This document shows positions 34,298 to 45,114 of a DNA stretch of 64,000 nt, piece after piece. A program made the position numbers and the translations under genes. Where the stretch lies: the sequence record KM407600. The stretch is one strand, 5' to 3'. The notes under the pieces are model-generated. The model searched no databases. It was not told the DNA's origin and saw only the letters and a list, made by a program, of their open reading frames with translations. The first letter of the stretch is position 1; every line of letters starts with the position of its first letter. Source of the stretch: Shigella phage Shf125875.

Positions 34298-34663
34298 TTA
34301 GATATCGAATTCATTAAGAACTACATCAAAGATTGCTTCGAGATGTTCAGGTTTAGCTCGGTTACTCAGGATATGACGAATCCAAGTTTTAACCAAAAGT
34401 TTACGATTAACACCGTTCCAGCAAGGATGAGTACCTAAATCACGCTGACGGAAATCATCATCTAATGCAATTTTAAAATTTGAACCTTCCATCGTGATTG
34501 AAACCGTGATGCCATTTTCAAATCGCATATAAACGTAATTAGGAGTCATGCACTGTTCGATTTCACAAACTGTACCGTTTTTGTGTTTCCATAAGCAAAT
34601 AACTTCAGAAGAACCAGCGATACCGTTAGAAACATATTTACGTTCGAAGTTGATGTAGTTCAT
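34298..34663 (-). CDS. Hypothetical protein
   Basis: 121 aa ORF with its own early-type promoter and downstream UUCG hairpin. Confidence 0.5.
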   Translation of the reverse strand: MNYINFERKYVSNGIAGSSEVICLWKHKNGTVCEIEQCMTPNYVYMRFENGITVSITMEGSNFKIALDDDFRQRDLGTHPCWNGVNRKLLVKTWIRHILSNRAKPEHLEAIFDVVLNEFDI

Positions 34664-34702
34664 TTTATTCTCCAGATGTTTAAGTTGTTTGTTGGTACAG
34701 GT

Positions 34703-34733
34703 CTATAATAACATAACCTGTACCAAAGTAAAC
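34703..34733 (-). promoter_or_regulatory. Early sigma70-type promoter (same family)
   Basis: Minus-strand AGTTTACTTTGGTACAGGTTATGTTATTATAGAC. Confidence 0.45.
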
Positions 34734-34737
34734 TGTT

Positions 34738-35106
34738 TTATGCAACTTTAATCCAATTGTCTAAATTTAAAACACCTTTGGCTTTCATTTTTTCGATCAG
34801 GTTATCTGCTGTAATGCGTCCATTTTGATACCATGTAACATCTTCAGAGTAACCAGTTTCTTCGTCAACATATGTTTCTGAACGAATTTTACCTGTAATA
34901 ATAGTTTTTAATTCGTATGTGTCACCTGTGAAAAAGTTTGCTAACACAATTTTCCAAGAGAAATCATTTGAAGGACCTTCAGGAGTTGTACAACCTACGA
35001 TCTCAAATTGCTCTTTGTATAACATCCACTGGAATTCTTTAATTTCGATAGCTTTATAACCGTCGTGGTCTTTACATTTGATGTATGAGTTCAGGTTGAT
35101 TTTCAT
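34738..35106 (-). CDS. Hypothetical protein
   Basis: 122 aa ORF with its own early-type promoter. Confidence 0.5.
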   Translation of the reverse strand: MKINLNSYIKCKDHDGYKAIEIKEFQWMLYKEQFEIVGCTTPEGPSNDFSWKIVLANFFTGDTYELKTIITGKIRSETYVDEETGYSEDVTWYQNGRITADNLIEKMKAKGVLNLDNWIKVA

Positions 35107-35147
35107 TTTGTTCTCCAGTTTGTTTTATTGATTAGGTGGTACAAGTC

Positions 35148-35177
35148 TATAGTAACACATCCTACAGGAGAGTAAAC
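35148..35177 (-). promoter_or_regulatory. Early sigma70-type promoter (same family)
   Basis: Minus-strand TGTTTACTCTCCTGTAGGATGTGTTACTATAGAC. Confidence 0.5.
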
Positions 35178-35214
35178 ATTTTTTTTAAACTTTTTCTGCC
35201 CTAAACGCACAAAA

Positions 35215-35232
35215 GGGAGACCGAAGTCTCCC
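35215..35232 (-). terminator. UUCG-tetraloop hairpin terminator
   Basis: Minus-strand GGGAGAC-TTCG-GTCTCCC followed by TTTTGTG. Confidence 0.6.
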
Positions 35233-35237
35233 TAAAA

Positions 35238-35417
35238 TTATGCAACAACCTTTCCAAAACGAGAAGCATCATCTCGAAGAACTGCACGTGCTCTGCGCAT
35301 GATCTTCTCAACTGTTTGATTAATACGAGAGTTCGACCCACGCTTGTATCCAGCGCGTTTAGAGGTACCATCAACTTTCTTTTCAACTGCTTTCTTTGCT
35401 TTAGCTTGTTTTGCCAT
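35238..35417 (-). CDS. Small basic 59 aa protein (below ORF-track threshold)
   Basis: My own translation MAKQAKAKKAVEKKVDGTSKRAGYKRGSNSRINQTVEKIMRRARAVLRDDASRFGKVVA; stop 5 nt before a UUCG hairpin terminator. Confidence 0.4.
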   Translation of the reverse strand: MAKQAKAKKAVEKKVDGTSKRAGYKRGSNSRINQTVEKIMRRARAVLRDDASRFGKVVA

Positions 35418-35685
35418 TATAAATTCTCTTTAAATGAAAATGCAGGACTTATTGACATTGCCTGCGCAAGCCCTCAAGGGGAACATAGGTTTTGGATATT
35501 TAACGACAGGATAACCATAAACCCGTCATCATACCAACCACGACTTAGACAGATAACCTTTTTCTGACGCGTGATAGTACAAAATACATTCAAGAGGTAC
35601 ACCGTAAAATTGTCGGGGCGGTACTTCTAAAACATACCGATTCGCAAATCGATAATCAGACAATTCGACGGCTCCTCGATTTAAC

Positions 35686-35934
35686 TTACTTCAGGGTAAT
35701 AACAAAATGACGAACTGCTTTACGAGCTGCTGAAGCCAGAGGCTTAGCATATTTCAATTCATCTTTCTGAGCCAGTACATCACGAAGATCGGCCTGTGCT
35801 GGATTCAGATGTTTGAAATACTGTAAGATTTCCAGTGCTTCGGCTTCAACATCAATTGACGCGCCGTAGTTTTCGTGACCGTTATTCCATGCATGGCGTT
35901 GCAGTTCAAGAGCGTGTTGTAATTGTTTAATCAT
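35686..35934 (-). CDS. rIII: rIII lysis inhibition accessory protein
   Basis: 82 aa, same as T4 rIII; N-terminus MIKQLQHALELQR matches as recalled. Confidence 0.85.
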   Translation of the reverse strand: MIKQLQHALELQRHAWNNGHENYGASIDVEAEALEILQYFKHLNPAQADLRDVLAQKDELKYAKPLASAARKAVRHFVITLK

Positions 35935-36050
35935 TTTAAATTCTCAATTCGAGATAATATTTAGTAGCCACGTTCGTCTGAATTTCACCTTCTTTCGACA
36001 GGTCTCTCAGTTGTAGGCTACCGCTTAGAAGAGTGTTCTCTTCATATAGT

Positions 36051-36058
36051 TATTTATA
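36051..36058 (-). promoter_or_regulatory. Candidate late promoter for rIII
   Basis: Minus-strand TATAAATAACTAT between gene 31 stop and rIII. Confidence 0.4.
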
Positions 36059-36391
36059 TCACTTATAAAGACACGGAATAGCTTTATAGTGGCATGTTAC
36101 GAATTTCTGTTTAATTTCTTTAGGTTGTTTAAGACCTAAAGCCACAAATGGATGTGGAACATTTCGAATTTGTCCAACTGGTAGTGGAGTCAAATCACCG
36201 ACTTCAACAAAACCTTCAGGAACATCAGGACCTACAGAATGAACTACACATAGTTCAGGAACTTCACCTTGAACACGTTTACCAATCACAAGTCCTGATT
36301 CGGTAACTTCTTCATCACCTGCTTGAGCGGGTTCAGAAACCAGAATGACATATTCACCAACAGCACGAATTGGGAGTTGTACTTCAGACAT
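36059..36391 (-). CDS. 31: gp31 co-chaperonin (GroES analogue)
   Basis: 110 aa (T4 111 aa); MotA-type middle promoter upstream. Confidence 0.85.
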   Translation of the reverse strand: MSEVQLPIRAVGEYVILVSEPAQAGDEEVTESGLVIGKRVQGEVPELCVVHSVGPDVPEGFVEVGDLTPLPVGQIRNVPHPFVALGLKQPKEIKQKFVTCHYKAIPCLYK

Positions 36392-36421
36392 CTTATTTCC
36401 TTGTTGTTTGACGATAGATTA

Positions 36422-36447
36422 ATAATACCATACTATTCGTAAAGCAT
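36422..36447 (-). promoter_or_regulatory. MotA-dependent middle promoter for gene 31
   Basis: Minus-strand ATGCTTTAC, 11-nt spacer, TATTAT, about 30 nt upstream of gene 31. Confidence 0.5.
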
Positions 36448-36448
36448 A

Positions 36449-36757
36449 TTACATAAGAAGCAAACGTTCGACCGGAGTACCATCAACCGAAATTACTTTA
36501 TCAAGGCGGAAAGAACGCCACTGACCTAACTTGGTATCAAATGCTCGAACTGATTCACGAGGTTCAGAACGAACTTCTGTTGCCGGATTGTTATTTTCAT
36601 ATTTGACTTCAAGTTCATCACGCGAAGCAAACATAGTGCGTACCTCGCCGTTAGCCTTTTCAAATACAACACAATGAACGCCTACAGACAGAATAGTTTT
36701 AATACGTTCACGAAGAACCATAGTTTCTTGTTCAGTTAAAATCATATTATTCACCAC
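36449..36757 (-). CDS. Hypothetical protein (31.1-like)
   Basis: 102 aa ORF between cd and 31. Confidence 0.5.
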   Translation of the reverse strand: MVNNMILTEQETMVLRERIKTILSVGVHCVVFEKANGEVRTMFASRDELEVKYENNNPATEVRSEPRESVRAFDTKLGQWRSFRLDKVISVDGTPVERLLLM

Positions 36758-37328
36758 AAAAGTTTCGGATTTGTTCCCAATTCAGAGAACGAAGATTATT
36801 ACGAGAGTACTGAATTACTTCAATACCGGCTTGTTTTAGAATGTCTGCCCAATTTTCAGGAGATCTGTCATATAATTCTGCGTATACAACCTTTTTAATA
36901 CCTGACTGCGTAATAGCTTTAGTGCAATCAGGACACGGAGAAAGCGTCGTATATAACGTAGCACCTTCAATAGAATTACCTTTACGAGCTGCAAACAAAA
37001 TTGCGTTCAGTTCCGCATGGATTTCGTTATTAGCAGACCATGCACTATGAGCCGCTCGATGTTCTTTAGCCAAAACAAAATTATCTGCCCGTCCAAATGC
37101 TGTAGTGCCTTCTTTATGACCGGCAATGATGACAGGACTCGGCTTGTTCTTCAACCAACCTTGTTCAGTAGCATGGTCACAACAGTTTATACCACCTGCA
37201 GGTGAACCGTTATATCCAGTAGAGATAATGCGTCCATCTTTTTCAATGACGGCACCTACTTTCCATGAACAACATTTTGATTCTTGAGAAATCAAATAAG
37301 CAATTTGAAGATATGTGCTAGCTTTCAT
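36747..37328 (-). CDS. cd: dCMP deaminase
   Basis: 193 aa, same as T4 Cd; zinc motifs HAELNAI and PCPDC. Confidence 0.9.
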   Translation of the reverse strand: MKASTYLQIAYLISQESKCCSWKVGAVIEKDGRIISTGYNGSPAGGINCCDHATEQGWLKNKPSPVIIAGHKEGTTAFGRADNFVLAKEHRAAHSAWSANNEIHAELNAILFAARKGNSIEGATLYTTLSPCPDCTKAITQSGIKKVVYAELYDRSPENWADILKQAGIEVIQYSRNNLRSLNWEQIRNFCGE

Positions 37329-38320
37329 TATTGAACCTTATTAATATAAGTTAACAGCTCTTTAGTTTGTTCCCAACTGATGCACGCATCGGTAACGGAA
37401 ACGCCATAGGACATATTATCAGAAATTTTTTGATTTCCTTCATGTAGGAACGATTCTATCATAATTCCTTTGACCAAATCATTAGCTGCTAAATTTTTAC
37501 CAATACCAATTTGATTGCTATAATGCCCATCAGCGTTTGCATGGCTACAGTCAACCATTACATAATGATTCAGACCTACTGCCCTTGCTTTGTTAGAAGC
37601 TTCTTGAATATCAGAAGAATGATAGTTCGGGCCGTTGGTCCCGCCACGCAATACGATATGCGTATTCTGATTACCTTCAGCTTCAACAATGCCTACAGTA
37701 CCATCGACGTCCATACCCATATACCGATGAGGCCAGGCGGCACTATACATCGCGTCTGTAGCTACTTTAATAGAACCATTGGTTGCGTTCTTGAAGCCTA
37801 CGCACATCGGTAGACCTGAAGCAATTTCACGATGTGTCTGACTTTCAGTCGTACGGGCGCCAATAGCAACCCATGAGAAAATACCAGAAAGATACTTAAT
37901 CGTGAATGGGTCTAATACTTCAGTTGCTAATGGAAGTCCCATACGTAGAAGTTTACGACACAATGTTCGTGCAACTATAAGACCGTGGTTCATATCAAAA
38001 CTTCCGTCAAGATATGGATCATTTACAAGACCTTTCCAACCTACGGTAGTTCGAGGCTTTTCAAAATAAACGCGCATCACTAACAGAACATTAGGAAGAC
38101 GAGTTTGAAGTTCAGCCAGACGTTTGCCGTATTCAACAGCAGCAATAGGGTCATGAATTGAACAAGGACCTACAACAATAAGTTTGCGTGGGTCTTCACC
38201 GTTCATAATCGAATTAACTTGTTCGCGATGAGAAGCCACTTGTGATGCGTAAGCTTCCGACAAAGGAATAATCTCAGCCAGTTCTTTTGGAGAAATAAGT
38301 TTTCCGACGACAGGTAACAT
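37328..38320 (-). CDS. 3-deoxy-D-arabino-heptulosonate-7-phosphate (DAHP) synthase, class I (AroG/AroF/AroH-like)
   Basis: 330 aa; blocks VVGPCSIHD, MRVYFEKPRTTVGWKGL, GARTTESQ, DCSHAN, ESFLHEGNQ, TDACI align with E. coli AroG including metal ligands; start overlaps region of cd stop. Confidence 0.85.
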   Translation of the reverse strand: MLPVVGKLISPKELAEIIPLSEAYASQVASHREQVNSIMNGEDPRKLIVVGPCSIHDPIAAVEYGKRLAELQTRLPNVLLVMRVYFEKPRTTVGWKGLVNDPYLDGSFDMNHGLIVARTLCRKLLRMGLPLATEVLDPFTIKYLSGIFSWVAIGARTTESQTHREIASGLPMCVGFKNATNGSIKVATDAMYSAAWPHRYMGMDVDGTVGIVEAEGNQNTHIVLRGGTNGPNYHSSDIQEASNKARAVGLNHYVMVDCSHANADGHYSNQIGIGKNLAANDLVKGIMIESFLHEGNQKISDNMSYGVSVTDACISWEQTKELLTYINKVQ

Positions 38321-38440
38321 AACAATCCTTAGGAGATATAAACAGATTCTGATTCAACAATACCTTTAACCGGATTAGACAGGCTAAGTTGGTAGTGCTC
38401 AGATTTATGACCATTCTCGATAGTAATGAGATAGCTCTCA

Positions 38441-38677
38441 TTATAGTGTTCCATATACTCGAGTTGCTTCAACAAGACCATCACTGCCTAATTTAAGATT
38501 AGTAATTTGGTCACCATCTTTAGGATTAACGATTATGAGAAAAGAACGTGGAGATTCTTGAATAACTCGTAATGTTGCATCTTGGAAACGTTCAGACACT
38601 TTATTGATGAGTGCTTGAGCAAATTCTTTTACTTTAATCTGAAATTCGTGTACTGTAATTGGGTTTTCACTTAGCAT
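38441..38677 (-). CDS. Hypothetical protein (cd.x-type)
   Basis: 78 aa ORF with early-type promoter upstream. Confidence 0.4.
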   Translation of the reverse strand: MLSENPITVHEFQIKVKEFAQALINKVSERFQDATLRVIQESPRSFLIIVNPKDGDQITNLKLGSDGLVEATRVYGTL

Positions 38678-38704
38678 TTCTATTTCCTCATTTGTTGGTA
38701 GAGT

Positions 38705-38735
38705 TATAGTATCACAACTCCACCATGTTGTAAAT
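38705..38735 (-). promoter_or_regulatory. Early sigma70-type promoter (same family)
   Basis: Minus-strand ATTTACAACATGGTGGAGTTGTGATACTATAAC. Confidence 0.45.
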
Positions 38736-38737
38736 CA

Positions 38738-39013
38738 TTAAATTGCTTTGCATTCAATTTTTTGTGTACCGAAATTGATATCACATTGGATAACTAAATC
38801 GCCGTCAAGATCAAATACCACTATGACGTGTGCAGACCCAGGGAGAAGAGTAATAGCAATAGAATCTACTTGGTCTGGGAGCAAAGCATTGAGTACATGA
38901 GTTAGTTGAGCATGAACTCTGAGTTCGGCTGCATTATCAAGCACTTCAAACATATTATTAGCAATAATCTGACTGAAGACTACCTTTACAATTTCAGAAT
39001 AAGTTGGGAACAT
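38738..39013 (-). CDS. Hypothetical protein (cd.x-type)
   Basis: 91 aa ORF. Confidence 0.4.
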   Translation of the reverse strand: MFPTYSEIVKVVFSQIIANNMFEVLDNAAELRVHAQLTHVLNALLPDQVDSIAITLLPGSAHVIVVFDLDGDLVIQCDINFGTQKIECKAI

Positions 39014-39020
39014 AATTACC

Positions 39021-39245
39021 TCAGTGTACAGTATTTACTTTAACTCGAACAACAAATCGCTCGGTCGGTTCACCTACAGGAACAAACTCTACATGATATT
39101 CGCCTTTGTAACGAGTATTCAGATCATTACGAATTCCTGCGAGTTTGTTGATTAATGTAGGACTCATATTAAGTCCCACTAGTTTACGAAGCATTTTGTA
39201 TGCTTCATCTTCGATTTCATGATGTTTATCGTACATAGTTTTCAT
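39021..39245 (-). CDS. Hypothetical protein (cd.x-type)
   Basis: 74 aa ORF. Confidence 0.4.
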   Translation of the reverse strand: MKTMYDKHHEIEDEAYKMLRKLVGLNMSPTLINKLAGIRNDLNTRYKGEYHVEFVPVGEPTERFVVRVKVNTVH

Positions 39246-39416
39246 TTAACCATTCAATTGCCTGGTCGACGTTATCAAATATACCACCGTCCAAACGTTC
39301 TTCATGCTCATAGTCCAGCACATCAATACCGAACTGTCCATTTACTAAAGGCCAGGCTACAAACAAATATTCTTTATGCTGTTCGATGGCCTCAATCACT
39401 TCATATAATCGTTTCA

Positions 39417-39417
<1 letters not shown>
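39226..39417 (-). CDS. Hypothetical protein (cd.x-type)
   Basis: 63 aa acidic ORF abutting pseT. Confidence 0.4.
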
Positions 39418-40503
<1,086 letters not shown>

Positions 40504-40504
<1 letters not shown>

Positions 40505-40803
40505 TATTTTATTCCTAAGAAAATTTCAAGAATACGAATGTTATGCTCGCGCCGGTCTTTATTAATTTCAGCAACGTTTTTATTAATTGACGTACTTCTA
40601 ACGTTTGAAGAAATAAATTTAATCATATGACTTTTGAGTTGTTGCAAATCCAACCCTTTTTCTTTAGCAGCTTTACGAAGAGCTTTACCTGCTTCATCTA
40701 GTGCCTTTGCTGCATCTTTGTCATAATTGCCAAGTGACATTCCACGACAGATATCAATATACTCATCAGACCGTTTGATGTAATTCTCTAGTAATGTTTT
40801 CAT
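40504..40803 (-). CDS. Hypothetical protein (pseT.x-type)
   Basis: 99 aa ORF. Confidence 0.45.
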
Positions 40804-40860
40804 TTAGATTTCCTCAATTATCCATAGGAGCATTATACTCTGCTCCTGAGAGTTTGTAAA

Positions 40861-41085
40861 CTATTTTACTAAAGATTCAATATACTCGTGAAGAGCTTTA
40901 GTCGCTACTGCCCACTTATTCTGATATTCATTTTCATGATTAGCACGAGACTGAACTAACAATCGGTCATTAGTCGGAGGCAAAGATTCTAATCGTTGAA
41001 TCTGGCGCCCATAAATCATAGCCGCCATTTCAGATTCATAGATAAGCCCTTTAATGTATTCATGCTGTTCTTTAGTCATTGGCAT
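40861..41085 (-). CDS. Hypothetical protein
   Basis: 74 aa ORF. Confidence 0.4.
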   Translation of the reverse strand: MPMTKEQHEYIKGLIYESEMAAMIYGRQIQRLESLPPTNDRLLVQSRANHENEYQNKWAVATKALHEYIESLVK

Positions 41086-41366
41086 TTTTCCTCTTTTAAA
41101 CCACTACGATAATAACATAACATAGTCTTCTGGTCATGTACATATCTTTTTACGTCGTTTAACCAGATACGAAATTCTTGAGAGTCTTCAAATGGCATTC
41201 CAACCCATGGATTACCATCAATAACCTTTACTTGCCATTTCTGGTTATATTCAGCAATAGATTCAGGCCATTGCGGATGTAAAGTTTCTTTAGGGCTTAA
41301 GGGCACATCCTGGGCACATCCAGCCAAAATACCAATAGATAATACAACTGCGGTTAATTTAATCAT
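41076..41366 (-). CDS. Outer-membrane lipoprotein, o-spanin candidate (pseT.2-like)
   Basis: 96 aa; signal peptide with lipobox LAGC; paired with upstream membrane protein. Confidence 0.6.
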   Translation of the reverse strand: MIKLTAVVLSIGILAGCAQDVPLSPKETLHPQWPESIAEYNQKWQVKVIDGNPWVGMPFEDSQEFRIWLNDVKRYVHDQKTMLCYYRSGLKEEKCQ

Positions 41367-41719
41367 TCTGAGAGCTTCCTGAGGTCTTCTGCAAAGGAAT
41401 CGAAGGACCTGTTGATTTGTTTTTCGACCAATCCTGGTTTACTTGCCACCACGTTCTTCTTCTTCGAATCCTTACGGAGCTTTTCATTTTCAGCCTTAAG
41501 TTGGTCAACTAAAACACGGTTCTTATAAGTCATTTCTTCGATTGACTGATATTGAACTTTGAAGTCGTCTAATACTTTAGCATTGTTTTTAGCAGCCTCT
41601 TTAACAGAGGCCAATTCAGTATTCAACGAATCAACTTTGTTGTTTAAGACCACTATTGTTACCGTAGAAACTAGAGCAAAAGCTGCTACTATAGCATAAA
41701 TCGGATTTACTTTAAGCAT
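41363..41719 (-). CDS. Type II membrane protein with coiled coil, i-spanin candidate (pseT.3-like)
   Basis: 118 aa; N-terminal TM segment IYAIVAAFALVSTVTIVVL then coiled-coil-like region; 4-nt overlap with lipoprotein gene. Confidence 0.6.
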   Translation of the reverse strand: MLKVNPIYAIVAAFALVSTVTIVVLNNKVDSLNTELASVKEAAKNNAKVLDDFKVQYQSIEEMTYKNRVLVDQLKAENEKLRKDSKKKNVVASKPGLVEKQINRSFDSFAEDLRKLSE

Positions 41720-42207
41720 GTTTTAATAATCTCAATGATTTCATCTCGGGATAATCCATTGATAAGAACGGTTTTCAAACCATCACACTGGATTTTGTAC
41801 GATTCAAACAATACACACAACTCTTCTGCTGTATGATACGGGCTTGAAATTCCGAGACGGTTGAATTTGTCGGTAAGAGGGTCGCAAATGATGTAGAATT
41901 TTATACCTGCGATATGTACGTTTGGTTGACTAATATTAATGAACACATTAGCGTCGTATTTAGTCAAATTGTTTTGAAGAAATTTTACCATGGCATTAAC
42001 TGCTTCTGGCATCGCTTCGCGTTTCTCTTCAGCGTATCGGGTGGAATACTCTTTTTGTTTTACTTTCTTTTTAAGATTTTTGGCCAGTGTAACACGGAGG
42101 TCAGTAAGATAACCAACTGGACGTCCTTTCTTAAAGACTCGGATTCCATCAGTTGTGTCTCCAAAAGCGGTTACGACCATATCGTTAGTAATCAATTGCA
42201 TATTCAT
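41707..42207 (-). CDS. alc: Alc-like protein (inhibitor of host transcription)
   Basis: Start set at internal Met (MNMQLITND) after GAGGAG RBS, giving 167 aa (T4 Alc 167 aa); position between rnlA and spanins. Confidence 0.65.
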   Translation of the reverse strand: MNMQLITNDMVVTAFGDTTDGIRVFKKGRPVGYLTDLRVTLAKNLKKKVKQKEYSTRYAEEKREAMPEAVNAMVKFLQNNLTKYDANVFINISQPNVHIAGIKFYIICDPLTDKFNRLGISSPYHTAEELCVLFESYKIQCDGLKTVLINGLSRDEIIEIIKTCLK

Positions 42208-42236
42208 AATTTTCTCCTCGTGTTGTTGATAAAAGC

Positions 42237-42267
42237 CATAGTAACACCATCCTTGGTGTTTGTAAAC
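42237..42267 (-). promoter_or_regulatory. Early sigma70-type promoter for alc (same family)
   Basis: Minus-strand GGTTTACAAACACCAAGGATGGTGTTACTATGGC; lies inside the longer alc ORF, supporting the shorter start. Confidence 0.5.
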
Positions 42268-42269
42268 CA

Positions 42270-43403
<1,134 letters not shown>

Positions 43404-43419
43404 TCAGTTAGTTTTTTAA

Positions 43420-43449
43420 ATTGTACCACAATCCTTGTGGTATGTAAAC
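43420..43449 (-). promoter_or_regulatory. Early sigma70-type promoter for rnlA
   Basis: Minus-strand AGTTTACATACCACAAGGATTGTGGTACAAT. Confidence 0.45.
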
Positions 43450-43859
43450 TACTTTTTCTTATGTTGGATATTCCAAGGCGGGTTGAACTTTTTGATAAAA
43501 AGCGGTTCTTCAAGGTCCATTGTTGCGATGGTCATTGAACCAAGTTCGTTGGTGACTGAAAGGTCAAAACATTGACGGGCCCAGAATTCAACCTTTTTGC
43601 CTTGCATTAAGGCATCCAAAATCATAAGTGATTTTCTTGAATCTGAAGTCTGGTCTTTTCGATTTATAGCTGTTCGATAATAGTTAATGCGTTTCTTTAA
43701 ATTCTTGGTTTTACCAATATACACAAGTTCGTCATCTATAGCAATAGCGTATATGACATTTTTCTTATTAGGGGCATCAATGGTTTTAATTGTTGCATCT
43801 TCTAATAGCTCCAATTCTATATATTTAATAAAGGAATATTCGGCGGCAATATCTTTCAT
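43449..43859 (-). CDS. denA: Endonuclease II (GIY-YIG-type)
   Basis: 136 aa, same as T4 DenA; motif VIYAIAIDDELVYIGKT. Confidence 0.8.
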   Translation of the reverse strand: MKDIAAEYSFIKYIELELLEDATIKTIDAPNKKNVIYAIAIDDELVYIGKTKNLKKRINYYRTAINRKDQTSDSRKSLMILDALMQGKKVEFWARQCFDLSVTNELGSMTIATMDLEEPLFIKKFNPPWNIQHKKK

Positions 43860-43867
43860 AATAAAGT

Positions 43868-43881
43868 GGGACCGAAGTCCC
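43868..43881 (-). terminator. UUCG-tetraloop hairpin between nrdB and denA
   Basis: Minus-strand GGGAC-TTCG-GTCCC. Confidence 0.4.
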
Positions 43882-43885
43882 GTCC

Positions 43886-45064
43886 TTAGAAATATTTTTT
43901 GTATGAATTGATTACATTTTGGTCTACATCATTATCAATTTGTGCGACAAGATAAGAACTGATTTCAACTTCCTGAGGAGCTGCTTGAACTAAATCAGAG
44001 TTCAGATATTCACGAATCCAAGGATACGGATGCTTGGTCGGAGCATCAGTGATTGGGCATGGCAAACCGCACTGTTTCATACGAGACACAGTCAAGTAAT
44101 CAACAAAAGCACACATACTCTGCGTATTGATACCTGGACATGTACCATCTTTAAAGAGGTGTGCAGCCCATTCCTTCTCTTGACTATTTACTTCCATAAA
44201 GATATCTACTGCTTCTTGCTCACACTCTTTAGCAATTTGAACCCATTCATCCCCATCAACACCAAGTTGGAGCTGTCGAATAATGTACTGAGTGCCTTTA
44301 AGGTGGAGTTGTTCGTCACGAGCGATGAACTTCATAATCTTTGCATTACCTTCCATGATTTCCATGTTCTTATGGAAGTTGAAAGTACATGCAAAAGATA
44401 CATAAAAACGAATAGCTTCTAAGGCGTTAATAACGTGTAAGCAGAGATAAAGAGACTTCATTAATGCACGTTTACATTCTTCCACATGCATAAGACTATT
44501 TGAATATGCATCCAAATCATATTCATTTTCGGAAAAACATTTAAAAATTTCTTTAGCATTTTCCCATTCACGTGTTTTAACTAGAACATCATCATAATAT
44601 TTGCCGATTGATTCCGCACGTTTCATAATTGCTTCATCTAATACAATCTCATCAAATACCTTCGATGGATCAGTATAAAGATTTCGCATGATATGAGTAT
44701 ATGAACGAGAGTGAATGGTTTCACTGAATGTCCATGTAGCAACCCATGTATCTAATGAAGGGTCAGAAATCAGTGCCATAAGTACCGCAGATGGGGCCCT
44801 GCCTTGGATAGAATCTAATAATGATTGATACTTAAGATTGTTTGTAAAGATATCCTGTTGAAACTGAGGAAGCTTATTGAACTGCGCAGAGTCCAACATC
44901 AAGTTTACCTCTTCCGGGCGCCAAAAAAACGACAATTGCTTTTCAATAAGCTCTTCAAAAACTTTATGGCGTTGAATATCGTAACGCGCAAGGCCAAGAC
45001 CGGAACCAAAGAACATTGGTTCATTCAAAACATCAACTTTTTGGGTATTAAAAACTGTACTCAT
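43886..45064 (-). CDS. nrdB: Ribonucleotide reductase small subunit
   Basis: 392 aa uninterrupted ORF (T4 388 aa); R2-family size and position. Confidence 0.93.
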   Translation of the reverse strand: MSTVFNTQKVDVLNEPMFFGSGLGLARYDIQRHKVFEELIEKQLSFFWRPEEVNLMLDSAQFNKLPQFQQDIFTNNLKYQSLLDSIQGRAPSAVLMALISDPSLDTWVATWTFSETIHSRSYTHIMRNLYTDPSKVFDEIVLDEAIMKRAESIGKYYDDVLVKTREWENAKEIFKCFSENEYDLDAYSNSLMHVEECKRALMKSLYLCLHVINALEAIRFYVSFACTFNFHKNMEIMEGNAKIMKFIARDEQLHLKGTQYIIRQLQLGVDGDEWVQIAKECEQEAVDIFMEVNSQEKEWAAHLFKDGTCPGINTQSMCAFVDYLTVSRMKQCGLPCPITDAPTKHPYPWIREYLNSDLVQAAPQEVEISSYLVAQIDNDVDQNVINSYKKYF

Positions 45065-45114
45065 TATATTCTCTCAATAGTGACTCATCCATGAGTCAAT
45101 TATAAACAAAATTC

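Noticed and set aside
35201-35386. Listed 61 aa minus-strand ORF
   Set aside because: It runs through the terminator hairpin and lacks an RBS; the alternative-frame 59 aa ORF (35238-35417) ends just before the hairpin and is more plausible.
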